This document shows positions 47,419 through 60,479 of a stretch of 64,000 bases of DNA, piece after piece (position 1 is the first letter of the stretch; each line of letters opens with the position of its first letter). The translations under genes were made by a program, and so were the position numbers. The notes beneath the pieces are model-generated. The model was not told the DNA's origin, made no database searches, and saw only the letters and a program-made list of their open reading frames with translations. The DNA lies in NCBI GenBank assembly GCA_964016885.1, contig OZ024740.1, positions 310,682,001 through 310,746,000 on the forward strand. Direction: 5' to 3'. This DNA comes from Eledone cirrhosa. Taxonomy: Eukaryota.

Positions 47419-49381
47419 TTTTGAACAACATGTCTCACATACAAAGCAAATAATTAAATACCTTTCAAACGAACGTTTCTTACACAAATACGTTCCGGGA
47501 TTTTTTAATCCCCAAAACAATTTCGCTGCACAGCTGGATCCACTTGATTTACCTAAGGCCCTCGTGTGTTCTTTTGGGGAAATACAAAGACTGCATAAAC
47601 TCACCTCATTTCACATACAATTATAAGAATTTTGCATATGTATCCTACATATATTTTCGATCTTGTAAAAAGAAATTATTATCCAATAATCATTTCAGAA
47701 GGAAGAAATGTCACAGTAGAAATATCGTAACGTCACTTGACGTTTATCCTCTTGTGAAAGGAATTTCTTTTGAATCTACACAAATAAAATCGATCGCATT
47801 ACTTTCATAGTTAGATATGTACTAAAGGAAACTGCCTGCTTGTATTTTCCTGTTATTTCTTTGACATCCGCAATGTTTCGCGTATGTCGTGTGTAATAGG
47901 TAACCATAGATATTCTAAAAACTTGCAGTATATTGGATAAAGAAACGGAAGAAATATCATAAACTTGTTTTCGTAACCACTATTACATTCAGTGACAAAT
48001 GTAATAATATAGATCATTTTGGATGGATTAGCATATGTGCTATAAACCAGTCAAATAATGCTGCAATGAAGGTATATCCATTCAAGTATAGAATTGCAGT
48101 GACAATCCCATTGCTGAAATCGAATCTAATATATTGAAAGATTCTGTTACTGTTCTTTTGTCAAATTCTGTCGGAACAATATTTTGCTTCTCCTGCTAAT
48201 TCTATATTTTCCTTTCGATTAAATCATATACCACTTCTCTGATTTCAAGTAAATATAGAAATATATATTCCTTCTCTTTCAGATTGAAAGAATGCAGGTA
48301 AATCCATAGATGCACAAAAGTCTGATCATATCTTTTATGAAATTTCTGTTTATTGGTGTCCGCTCAGAATCTTGTGGGGATTAAGTCCTGTTGTTACAAG
48401 ATAACCTGCCTATTGTATAGCCATGTAAATAGACGTGTGAATATAGTGTTTTCTCATCCTTACTATGTTACCATATATACTCCGCCACTAGAATAAATTG
48501 CATCAACCCGAAGCAGCCACTGTAGCTTATATAGAACACAATGTTCATACCTTTAAAGCACCCGGCGAACATTTTACAAACAATTATTTTCATTATATAA
48601 ATTTTATATCATACATCTATCTTATGTTAACCAATTTGAACACACATTGTAATACTACGACAAATAACTACCCTATCTGAGCTCAGAATGGATCACTACA
48701 TAATTATATTATAGTACTTTACGCTAACGTTTGCTATCTTATTCACCTACTTCTTTTTCATTTTATACTATTTTCTCAAGCTCTACAGTACAAACTTTGA
48801 TATTATGATTTTCTTCCAAAATTCACTTATGAACTATTTTCTCTATTCTAAAACAACATTATAATATTTTATCTGGTCATTCATTGTATGAAACAAGTTA
48901 GATTCATATTTCTCTATTGTCCTTTCTTTCTTTCCATTACATCAATTAATTATTAATGGTGACTTCGCCACGTACTTTAATCTGACGGACATTTTCTAAG
49001 GTGTTGTATTCGTTACAGCGAATATTTACGCTCTGTGATAAAATCATCTCAAGTAGGACTTTCCAGTATCACGGCTGATTATTTTCTGGAAGAAATTACC
49101 AACATTTAGCAGCGAATATGGCTAGCTAATTCAAATGAATTTTGCCATTCAAACGTTATATAATTATCGAATGTATAATCACAAGCAAACAAAAGCTATT
49201 GCTCTATTAATTTTTTTTCTTGTGCAACCCCTTCATATCACGACACTGATCTTGCACTTTGTTAATAACAGTGACATGTAATTAAAGTTTTATGTCTAGT
49301 TCAATTGTCTCATCTACATTTCTAATGAATCTATTCAAATTTTTCTCTTTTTCTCTTTCTCTCTTTCTCTCTTTCTCTCTT

Positions 49382-49430
<49 letters not shown>

Positions 49431-49437
49431 ATAGATA

Positions 49438-50329
49438 TATTTCTTTATTTGCCACAGGGGCGTACAAAAGTGGGACATTACAAGACGTGACCGCGGGGGT
49501 TTTACATAAAAATCATATAACTTTAATATTAATAAATAACAATAAACTATATATAATAAAATAACAATTGAAATTCCCAATAGAGGGGAACGTTACTGCA
49601 GGGTTGTTTTATGCCCCGTGGATAGAACAACCCTCAACACAGGGAACACGTCTTGTAGGTGTTCCTGTCTTTCCTGTGTTTATCTTCCTCAACCAACAGG
49701 TTTATATACAAAGAAGGCCCATTTTCACCACATTCACCCACCTTTCAGGCACTCATTTTCGGTCTTCGTTTGACCCAGGACTGCAGCTCTGTTAGTGAGA
49801 CGAATTGTTGAAGAGCTTGTCTCACAAACGACAGCCACACCGGTTCACCGGTCAGGAATACCTGGAGATGGCGTAGCTATAGCGCGTGTTTGCGCATCAT
49901 CAGCCACGGCATGCCCAGCCCTGCGTTAGAAGGGTGTTGACAGCAGATGGATCTCCTCACCAATGGAGCCTGTTTCTTCCAGAGGAACTTGAAGAGTAGG
50001 TGTTCCTTTTTGTGATGTATTCGCGGGGACAAGTCACTTTTTTGTGAGGTATTCGCGGGGACAAGGCACCCCTTCAAGCGGTAGAAGATGACGGACGCAA
50101 TGTAAGTGTTCGCCACCTCCGCTCAACCTTTCAAGGAGAGTTTGCACTGAGCCCACTTCTGGGTGAGTGCAAACACCTTCGCCGCTGTGACCTCGTTCCA
50201 GTTCTTGTCCACCTGGAGGTCTGGACCAAACCAGACCCCGAGCAATTTCGCCGGTCCTTCTCTCCAGCGTCCAACGACACTGTTAGAAGGCATGGGTTTG
50301 CCTCTCCATGTGCCGAGTTGCAAACCGAC
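49438..50329 (-). pseudogene. 5'-truncated, internally deleted L1/Tx1-clade LINE (ORF2 post-RT region + 3' UTR)
   Basis: KLLGVWFG...NWNEV...W..CKLSLKG/EVANTYIASVIFYRL...FKFLWK..APLVRR.ICCQHP.NAGLGMP; AATAAA near 49444-49449. Confidence 0.85.
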
Positions 50330-50541
50330 ATACTTGTTTGGGTTTGCATATACACATAGATAGATAGATGGATATGCTTTGTACATTTTGTGTTAGTTGA
50401 ACAACCGACATTAGTGTACGCAGGATCGAGCACTCGACGAAGTGTGTATGTAGGTCAGATTGCTAGGGAATACGGGTATAACAATGAAGTAGAAGCCAGT
50501 AAGTATGGTGTTACCTCGTTTTATTTAGGTAATCTAATCAG

Positions 50542-50633
50542 ACAGCTATTACGTTAACAGAAAAATACCTGAATAAGGAATGCATGAGTAAAGTTACTTT
50601 ATTCCTGTAATTTTCTGTTCCCGTAATAGCTGT
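50542..50633. repeat. Short imperfect inverted repeat
   Basis: acagctattacg..aacagaaaa / ttttctgtt..cgtaatagctgt. Confidence 0.7.
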
Positions 50634-50760
50634 GTGGTGAGATCGTTACTGCTACATAACAGTTATCATCAAAATTAGTAAACCAGCAAGCAATTATGTA
50701 ATACATTGTGATAAATTCTAACCTACTGGCTGCGAATTCATTGTTTTATATATATATATA

Positions 50761-50829
<69 letters not shown>

Positions 50830-51319
50830 ATGTATTTATATATATATATATATGTGTGTGTGTGTATATGGGGGGGTCCGTGCGTGTGTGTATATATATA
50901 AAGGCATACATTTCATGAAAATCATTCATACTGAAATCGGTTTTTTACTGTTTAGCTAATTGTCTAACTGTTTCCTTTATCTTTGTTTACGCTCAACAAT
51001 GTACGTTCGACGTTTATTCAGGACCCGATGTGATGAAAACAGGTATAATAGACTATGCATGCTTTGCGTTTATTACAAAAAGGTTCAATTTAACACGCAC
51101 AAAAAATTCAGTATAAATACAAATACATACGCATGTATATAATCACACACACATATATACACACAGACATGTACACAAAAACGAAAAAACTAACTGACAT
51201 TATTTGAGACAAATTGAAAGCTCCTTGCTAATGCGGACATTATCGCAATGACATAACATACATGTCATGTCGTGAGAAAGGCAATGTAGATAAATATATC
51301 TCAATATGTATGCATGGAT

Positions 51320-51381
<62 letters not shown>

Positions 51382-51473
51382 ACATATTGAGATATATTTA
51401 TCTACTTATCTACACGACATTATATGTCTCAGTATGTATGCATGGATATATATATATGTATAGAAATTTCGTA

Positions 51474-51664
51474 TTTCGAAAGAAACACGATTTTAGGATG
51501 CCGTAGCTATGCGAACACCGGGGGGGGCTAACGCCCTCTGGTGTTGTACAGCAGAAGCAAGGGGGACAAGCGTCTATGCATTACAACACCAGACGGCGTT
51601 AGCCCCCCCCCCCCCTCCGGTGCTCGCATACCTACGGCTTCCTAAACTCGTATTCCTTTCGAAA
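51474..51664. repeat. GC-rich imperfect hairpin (arms 51474-51548 / 51582-51664)
   Basis: Arms pair with ~7 isolated mismatches and G/C run-length differences; 33-nt loop. Confidence 0.85.
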
Positions 51665-51665
51665 A

Positions 51666-52185
51666 GGAACCAGTAAGACCCCGACGGCTGAGCTCAAGCC
51701 GTTTCGACGGCTAATTCTGGACTAAATGAAAATTTATCCTGGTATTTAAATAGCCGATCTTCTCAAGGGGTAATTCCATATATGGTCAAAGTGATTGTCA
51801 AAAGTCAGTAGTAATTCTGTGATTGCAAATTAGTAGGGGAGATGGTGGCTAAACATGCCAGTAGGAGAAAGAGGGGAGGGGGTGGAGTAGACCCAATCAA
51901 GCGTTGGTAGTGCCAGCTACAGCTGGGCATGAGGTCAAAGAAGATACTGGGGAGGGGGAGGGGGAGGAATTCGGAACGGTAGTTAGAACAATGGAATTAC
52001 CCCTTGAGAAGATCGGCTATTTAAATACCAGGATAAATTTTCATTTAGTCCAGAATTAGCCGTCGAAACGGCTTGAGCTCAGCCGTCGGTGTCTTACTGG
52101 TTCCTATTACCCACTCTACTACCCCAAGTATTGAGTACTTTGGTGCGTTATGGTCCACCTGGTTCCTTACCACATTTCCTTCGTT
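51666..52185 (+). mobile_element. Family C fold-back (inverted arm 51666-51990, direct arm and tail 51991-52185)
   Basis: Same ggaaccagtaag start and ...ccttcgtt-(AT)n end as the other copies. Confidence 0.9.
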
Positions 52186-52327
52186 ATATATATATATATA
52201 TATATAATAAGGAGTTGACGGACCCAGCATATTTATCAATGCCAGGAGCGGTTGTATCTCAACGTACTCCATGGGCAATTTAAGGTACATTCCCAGAGTA
52301 TACACATAGTTATTCGCTTCAATACAG

Positions 52328-52402
<75 letters not shown>

Positions 52403-52408
<6 letters not shown>

Positions 52409-53720
52409 ATGCTTTGGGAGTGTCATGTTGCCAATAAGAAACACACGCACCAGTTGCTTTCACTCCAATTTATTATAAATGTGTCCCGCATGTGCAACTC
52501 CAAAGAACTAAAGAGACACATACAACACTTCATCCACCGTATGCAGTTCTCTGGTTACAATCAGAGAGATAAAATCAGAGTATATAGAGGAGCCAGAACC
52601 AAATGGGAAATGATACAAATGGGACCTGCCCATTGTATAGGAGCAAATTTTGGAATAAAATAGAAAGAACTAGGAATGAGGTTAATAGAAAAAACTCATG
52701 GTATGATATCAATAAATACCAGAGTGTAATGTTCATCAATACAACCCCTAGAGGTGATTAGCTTAAACATTTAGAAGGGCCCTAGTTAAACATAAACTTA
52801 ATATTAAGATAGTAGAAAGATCAGGTACCTCCATAAAAACACTTATTAGCAATACATACCCTTTTCAAAGATCTCCCTGTATAGAAAAGAAATGTATTAT
52901 CTGTAACCTAAGCCCCCATATTAACTGTAAAACTAGAAATGTAGTATATAGCATAAGATGTACTGAAGGACTATGTAGAGATAAGAATATAGTGTACATA
53001 GGTGAGACAGCTCGTAGTATAGGAGAACGGACAAATGAACACTGCGAGAGCTTCAAGATAGAAAAGAATTATCTGTACTCCACCAACATACTAAAATAGA
53101 ACATTAGAGTAAATTAGAGAACATAGAAATAAAAATAGAATCTACACCCAGAAAAGACGCAATGTTTAGACCAACCACAGAGGCAATAACATAAATGAAC
53201 TCCAACCAAAATTAAATAGAAAACATGAATGGAATAGCAACATCACAACTTACATTTAAGGACAAAATGAAAACACACACACACATAGAACAGACAACCA
53301 ACCAGTAACATGTAAATAAACAAATAAATAAACAAATATAAACACACACAGACACCCGGATGTAACACATGCGCAAACTAAGCACACAACACACACAAAA
53401 ACAAGATGGCGTAGGACAGAACAAAGTAGAGGCACAAAAACAAAGTAAAGAATCCCCAGTCACTGAAGAGGTCACAGAATGTGTGACGAAAGAAGTTTGA
53501 CAATGTATGAACAACCGTCCGGTTGTGGAACCAACCAACCAACCGGAAATTTATAAATTCTTAAATTTATAAATTTTATTTATAATAAATTAGAGTGAAA
53601 GCAACTGGTGCGTGTGTTTCTTATTGGCAACATGACCCTCCCAAAGCATAACAATATCAGTTTCAACACACGTTTTCAGATAAACAATCTTGCTAAACAA
53701 ATTCAGAAACGAAATATATA
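52403..53720 (+). mobile_element. 5'-truncated Neptune-like PLE with 5' inverted pLTR piece (52403-52479), decayed ORF (52480-53235) and 3' pLTR
   Basis: RHIQHFIHRMQFSGY, CIICNLSPHINCKTRNVVYSIRC...YIGETARSIGER; 52403-52479 is the reverse complement of ~53580-53657. Confidence 0.9.
53459..53501 (+). ncRNA. Type I hammerhead in PLE pLTR (stem III mismatch)
   Basis: gtca-CTGAAGA-g-gtcaca(gaatg)tgtgac-GAAA-gaagtt-tgac. Confidence 0.7.
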
Positions 53721-53782
53721 AATATATATATATGAATTACCCGTATTTTGTTTAATTTCATTGTTTTCACTATTTGTATTAT

Positions 53783-53821
<39 letters not shown>

Positions 53822-53828
<7 letters not shown>

Positions 53829-53971
53829 ATACTTTGGGAGGGTCCTGTTGCCAATAAGAAACACATGCACCAGTTGCTTTTTATTGGCAACATGACCCTC
53901 CCAAAGTATAACAATATCGGTTTCAACACACGATTTCAGATAAAGAATCTTGCTAAACAAACTCAGAAACG

Positions 53972-53975
<4 letters not shown>
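53822..53975 (+). mobile_element. Miniature fold-back derivative of the same pLTR end
   Basis: attgttatactttgggagggtc...gaccctcccaaagtataacaat plus tail. Confidence 0.85.
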
Positions 53976-54004
<29 letters not shown>

Positions 54005-54010
<6 letters not shown>

Positions 54011-54160
54011 TACAAGGACGGTTTTTTAAGCCTACATTACGTTTATTGATTGGTGACGTGCGTTTCAGCTCAAGGTTCGATCTGGCCCGACCCTGGAATC
54101 AAAAGCTCGTCGGACCTCTGCTGTGGAAATGAAGGCTTAATAAATCGTCCTTGTATTATT
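54005..54160. mobile_element. Small fold-back enclosing a minus-strand hammerhead with long stem II (54052-54116); homolog near 27665-27730
   Basis: ggt-CCGACGA-gctt...gagct-GAAAC-gcac-GTC-acc; homolog retains CTGATGA but has lost GAAA; terminal arms atacaaggacg/cgtccttgtat. Confidence 0.6.
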
Positions 54161-54835
54161 ATATTAACTCTGTCTAGCTGTACACCTCGCCACTGATAAA
54201 TATTACCTCTACAGTGTGTATAAATTTTTGGGGACACCCTCTTTATATATTTCTCTGTGTGCATATATGTGTATCTGTGTATGTCAAATTATAGGCATGT
54301 GCACGTGTATATGTGCGTGTATGTGTGCGTAGGAAAGAGAGAAAATCTTTAAATCGATTTTGTTTATATGTATTTCCTTCGAGGGAACGCATGTCATGAG
54401 TCACTGGGAAGTGATAGAGTTTATACGGTGGATTCTGTTAAATTCAAAGAGAAGAAACTAACAGTTACGCGTTATTTCTATAGAATATTGTAATGCTTGG
54501 TCATAAGATCTCTTACAACTATGACATATGTAAAGGTCAGTTCAGTTAACTACAATTCCCGATATTTTCGTTAATGGCACTCAGCTTTCTTTATAGAAAC
54601 CTTATCGCAACTTAAGAACAAGAAGATTCACCTTTGAATGGCATACGTATCTAGACAATGGAACCAGAATATAATAACTGATACTCGTTGAATTTTTTTT
54701 TTTTCCATATTTATATCAATATCAAAACCTACTCACAAATCACCTCAATAAATACTAATATTCTCTATTACAGAGTGAGGAGAAAGGCCTTCTGTCGCTT
54801 TCAAAAACGAATGCTCTGGCTGCTTCAACGAACCT

Positions 54836-54918
54836 GCCTACTCACGATATTAACGTGTAAGTGAACATTCCACAGACACGTGTACCCGTAACGTAGTTCC
54901 CAGGGAATTTCATCGTGA
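54836..54918. mobile_element. Fragment of a common octopus-type SINE/repeat
   Basis: ccacagacacgtgtacccgtaacgtagttc resembles a recalled octopus repeat. Confidence 0.5.
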
Positions 54919-54919
54919 A

Positions 54920-55186
54920 ATCTGCATATTAGGAGACCCACTGATCAGCCAGATTTGCATATCAGCAGATAGGTCAGTCAGTTCCATATATACTAGCGAT
55001 TAATGGCCGGCTTTGTCATATTCAAATAACTAACAAATAGTTTAATCGCTCTACATCGCTGAATACAATAAATGAAATCTGAGTTTTTCGAAAATGTTAT
55101 AATAATATTCGATTCGTTTGCAATTATGCTGTTCTATCTGCTAATATGCAGATCTGACTGATCAGCCAGTCTGCTAATATGCAAAT
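54920..55186. mobile_element. MITE-like inverted repeat built from octamer-like motifs
   Basis: Arms 54920-54972 / 55134-55186 containing ATCTGCAT, ATTTGCAT, ATGCAGAT, ATGCAAAT. Confidence 0.65.
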
Positions 55187-55266
55187 CGGGCCGATTAGTC
55201 ACTGTATATTTCAGAAAATATCATATATTTTCACTAGCTCTGACAGTTGGCAGGTAAGCAGTATAC

Positions 55267-55309
55267 GGTACTGATGAAGGGCAATCACCCAGAAACATTA
55301 GTGTCTGCC
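55267..55309 (+). ncRNA. Solo type I hammerhead
   Basis: ggta-CTGATGA-aggg(caatca)ccca-GAAAC-a(ttag)t-GTC-tgcc. Confidence 0.8.
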
Positions 55310-55448
55310 ATTCTGTTTATATGCCAACACAAGAGCGAGAGTAATGGGGTCATTCTACTCACATGGCTTAAAGAGACTGTTTGCATAATTGCAAATGAAT
55401 CGCATATTATTATGTATAGTCGAAAAGCTCAGATTTTCATATTAAGGA

Positions 55449-56789
55449 AATTCAACATGTCCGGCCTCCTGTCATTTCACTTTATAATACATTCACTCCA
55501 TTCCCGCACCACCAACACAATTCAACATGTCCGGCCCCCTGTCATTTCACTTTATAATACATTCACTCCATCCCCGCACCACCAACACAATTCAACATGT
55601 TCGGCCTCCTGTCATTTCACTTTATAATACATTCACTCCATTCCCGCACCACCAACACAATTCAACATGTCCGGCCTCCTGTCATTTCACTTTATAATAC
55701 ATTCACTCCATTCCCGCACCACCAACACAATTCAACATGTCCGGCCTCCTGTCATTTGACTTTATAATACATTCACTCCATCCCCGCACCACCAACACAA
55801 TTCAACATGTCCGGCCTCCTGTCATTTCACTTTATAATACATTCACTCCATTCCCGCACCACCAACACAATTCAACATGTCCGGCCTCCTGTCATTTCAC
55901 TTTATAATACATTCATTCCATTCCCGCACCACCAACACAATTCAACATGTTCGGCCTCCTGTCATTTCACTTTATAATACATTCACTCCATTCCCGCACC
56001 ACCAACACAATTCAACATGTTCGGCCTCCTGTCATTTCACTTTATAATACATTCACTCCATTCCCGCACCACCAACACAATTCAACATGTTCGGCCTCCT
56101 GTCATTTCACTTTATAATACATTCACTCCATTCCCGCACCACCAACACAATTCAACATGTCCGGCCTCCTGTCATTTCACTTTATAATACATTCACTCCA
56201 TTCCCGCACCACCAACACAATTCAACATGTTCGGCCTCCTGTCATTTCACTTTATAATACATTCACTCCATTCCCGCACCACCAACACAATTCAACATGT
56301 TCGGCCTCCTGTCATTTCACTTTATAATACATTCACTCCATTCCCGCACCACCAACACAATTCAACATGTTCAGCCTCCTGTCATTTCACTTTATAATAC
56401 ATTCACTCCATTCCCGCACCACCAACACAATTCAACATGTCCGGCCTCCTGTCATTTCACTTTATAATACATTCACTCCATTCCCGCACCACCAACACAA
56501 TTCAACATGTCCGGCCTCCTGTCATTTCACTTTATAATACATTCACTCCATTCCCGCACCACCAACACAATTCAACATGTTCGGCCTCCTGTCATTTCAC
56601 TTTATAATACATTCACTCCATTCCCGCACCACCAACACAATTCAACATGTCCGGCCTCCTGTCATTTCACTTTATAATACATTCACTCCATTCCCGCACC
56701 ACCAACACAATTCAACATGTTCGGCCTCCTGTCATTTCACTTTATAATACATTCACTCCATTCCCGCACCACCAACACAATTCAACATT
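55449..56789. repeat. 70-bp minisatellite, 19 full units
   Basis: ttcaacatgt recurs every 70 bp from 55451; a partial unit begins at 56781; units almost identical. Confidence 0.98.
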
Positions 56790-57065
56790 GAAAATGGATG
56801 AGTTGCATAACGTCGAATGCTTTTCTCATATTACAGAATCACCAATTCTACCCAGTGGTAAACCACCAAATTTGAATGCATATATGTCCCCAGCATTCTT
56901 ATAAATATTGGCTCTGCAGCTAATCAAAGTGTGCATACATTTTCTTGGGACAGCCTGTATATATATATAGAGAGAGAGGGATGTATATATATGTATATAT
57001 ACGTATATATATGTATATATACGTATATATCCCTATCTTCCCCCCTCTCTATATATATAGACGTC

Positions 57066-57210
57066 ACACAGTTGGACATTGATTGTGATTAGGGTGACAA
57101 ATGGCAAGGCGTCGCTGCAAAAACAAAAACAAAAATCGAAAGACCTCGCTGTCTTTTTCCTAAACATAGAAGGCAAGAGTGACACAAGAGTGACACTAAT
57201 GCTTTCAGAC
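57066..57210 (+). repeat. Dispersed copy of LINE ORF1-derived segment at 61445-61590
   Basis: cacagttggacattgattgt...gaaagacctcgctgtctttttcct shared. Confidence 0.8.
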
Positions 57211-57343
57211 AATACACGGTTGGTATAGAGATTCAAACCCGGATCTTCTTACTCTTGGTCGCCTTTCAAGATAATATTAAGTCTATAGCATTTCTTATGC
57301 TTCTTAGGTCATAATCACACTCACAGATATATATATATATATA

Positions 57344-58095
<752 letters not shown>

Positions 58096-58101
58096 GTATA
58101 T

Positions 58102-58246
<145 letters not shown>

Positions 58247-58265
58247 TATATGTGTGTGTGTGTAA

Positions 58266-58605
58266 GAATATTTTCGAAACAGCGAGTGGGTTTGAAATTA
58301 TTATAAATGTAAGCTATCGCCGTATTTTGACTAAAGAAATTAATGAAATTATTTAGCCTGATAGTGGGGTTAAGAACCCTCGGAGAAATGGAAAAAGATG
58401 AGTATTGACTATCAGGCTAAATAATTAGTGTAAATGGTAGTAAATGGTAGCACAGTGGTCTGGATAACCAAAGATGTGGGTTCGACTCCCATGTACGTCA
58501 ATACTCATCTTTTTCCATTTCTCCGAGGGTTCTTAACCCCACTATCAGGCTAAATAATTTCTTTAATGTCTTTAATCAAAATACGGCGATAGCTTACATT
58601 TATAT
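58266..58605. mobile_element. Family E fold-back with partial tRNA-like motif (58427-58500 plus)
   Basis: 58266-58408 matches the 28.1-28.4 kb unit; the remainder is its reverse complement. Confidence 0.85.
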
Positions 58606-59042
58606 TAATATATATATATATTATAAAAAAAGAGAACATTTGTTGATGTTCAATGATATATTTATTAATACTTGGTGTTCTCTACAGGTTTCAATCCATT
58701 ACATAGCTGATGGCCTGTGAAATCTTTACTATTATATAATCCATTTTATGGAAAGCCACGACAAAGTCATCGGAAAGACATTATAACCTATTATTAAGGG
58801 TGTGAATTCAAAATACCCTGAAACTAAAGTAAATCGTTTTATTGTAAACACTTTCACATTATTCTTGTTTACTGAAACAATGGGAAAAAATAAAGCCTAT
58901 ATATCGTCGGTATTCTTCGTGTTTTACATATTTCCAGTGATTTAAGAAAAAATTATGTGGTTTTTAATTTCAAATTTGCCTTAATGATACGTAAATGTAG
59001 CAAGAAATAAATCGGCATTATATACTTCAGTATTCCTATTCT

Positions 59043-59270
59043 GATTATGGTTTCTGATTTAGGCACACGACTATCAATTCTGGGGGAAGGGGAAATACAA
59101 TTAAATCGTTCCCAGTGTGTTAATTGTACTTTATTTTCAGACCTCGTTGAAGGGAAAGGTTGAAGGGCAACGCTAACCTCGGTAGGATTTGAAATCAGAA
59201 CGTAAAAAAAGCGTACCTCAATTCCACGAAGTACTTTGTCAAATGCTCTAACGATTCTGCCAATCTACCA
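59043..59270 (-). mobile_element. tRNA-derived SINE, diverged
   Basis: Reverse complement: tggcagaatcgttagagc (A box)...ttctgatttcaaatcctaccgagg (B box)...gtgcctaaatcagaa. Confidence 0.75.
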
Positions 59271-60131
59271 TCCTTCCCATCCTTCCTATCCTTCCTATCC
59301 TGAAAATAAAAGGGAAAATTGGCAGAATCATTAAAGCATAAAGTTAAGAGTATCGTATTATTTGTTCCTGCTCTCTCAAATCCCACTGAAATACAATTTG
59401 CTTTTCTTTCGTTAGAAAAGTAAATACCGTTCCAGACAGATTGGCAGCATTGTTCAATCCTATGATTTCAGAAATAATTGTGACATGATAACAGTGGAGC
59501 CATGATCATAAAAAGTTCCATAAAAAAAGTCTATGATATACGTACTTACAGGAGACCTGTAACTTGCAAAGGATGAGTCGTAACGATACTCCTGAATAGA
59601 AAATACAAATACTCAGCCTGATTGTATAAGTATATAAAAAGGGGAGCAGAAATAAAATCAATTAGCGATACCAAAGAGACATAAAATGAAAGATGATGTT
59701 GACAATTTTTATTCATATATGTGTGGGGGGGGGGTGCGTGTGTGCGTGTGTGTCTGTATTTGAGTGGGAGGGGTGTTCATGGAGATATAATAATGTGTGT
59801 GGTATTCAAAAAATATTAGCATTCGAAAAATTGGATGGTGCACAGATTGCTAATGAAAACGATTGTCCTTTATATTAAAGTACGCTGACGTCAATACATT
59901 TATAATTTCATTAATACAAAACGTAATTTGGTTACATCCTTATCAATTATATAATAACGCAATTACTGTTTTCCTAATTATGAAATATTTTAACATATAT
60001 CATTAAAAGTAAATTATTTTTGAATCGGATTCCTACATATATATAACAAAAATCATTACTAAATATTGTTCATTTGCATACAAATTGTACTAATAATTGT
60101 GGTCAATAAATGAAATCATTATTATTCTAAT

Positions 60132-60355
60132 GGTCCTGGATTGGCACTATTGGTAGCGCGTCAAACACCATGGTATTCAGCATAGAGTTACGGCCTTTAA
60201 GTTCTGAGTTCAAATCCTGCCGAGGTTAACTTTGCCTTTCATCCTTACGGGGTCGATAAATAAAGTACCAGTCACGCACTGGGCTAGATTTAATCAACTT
60301 TCCCCGCCTCCAATATTGTTGGCCTTGTGCCTAAATCAGAAATTATTATTATTAT
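60132..60355 (+). mobile_element. tRNA-derived SINE with conserved central domain and (ATT)n tail
   Basis: A-box-like tggcactattgg, B box gagttcaaatcc, core gcctttcatccttacggggtcgataaataaagtacc. Confidence 0.85.
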
Positions 60356-60479
60356 TTGTAGTATTGGCTGTAGGGCGATGAAAACGTATTTTTGTGAGAT
60401 ATATGAGTTAATTAATTTTCAAGCTTTTTCTATTGAATTATTGCATTTTTTAACAAGGAGATCATAAGACACCTGTCTT

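Noticed and set aside
55449-56789. CRISPR-like regular array
   Set aside because: Units are contiguous and near-identical with no unique spacers, there are no cas genes, and the context is eukaryotic
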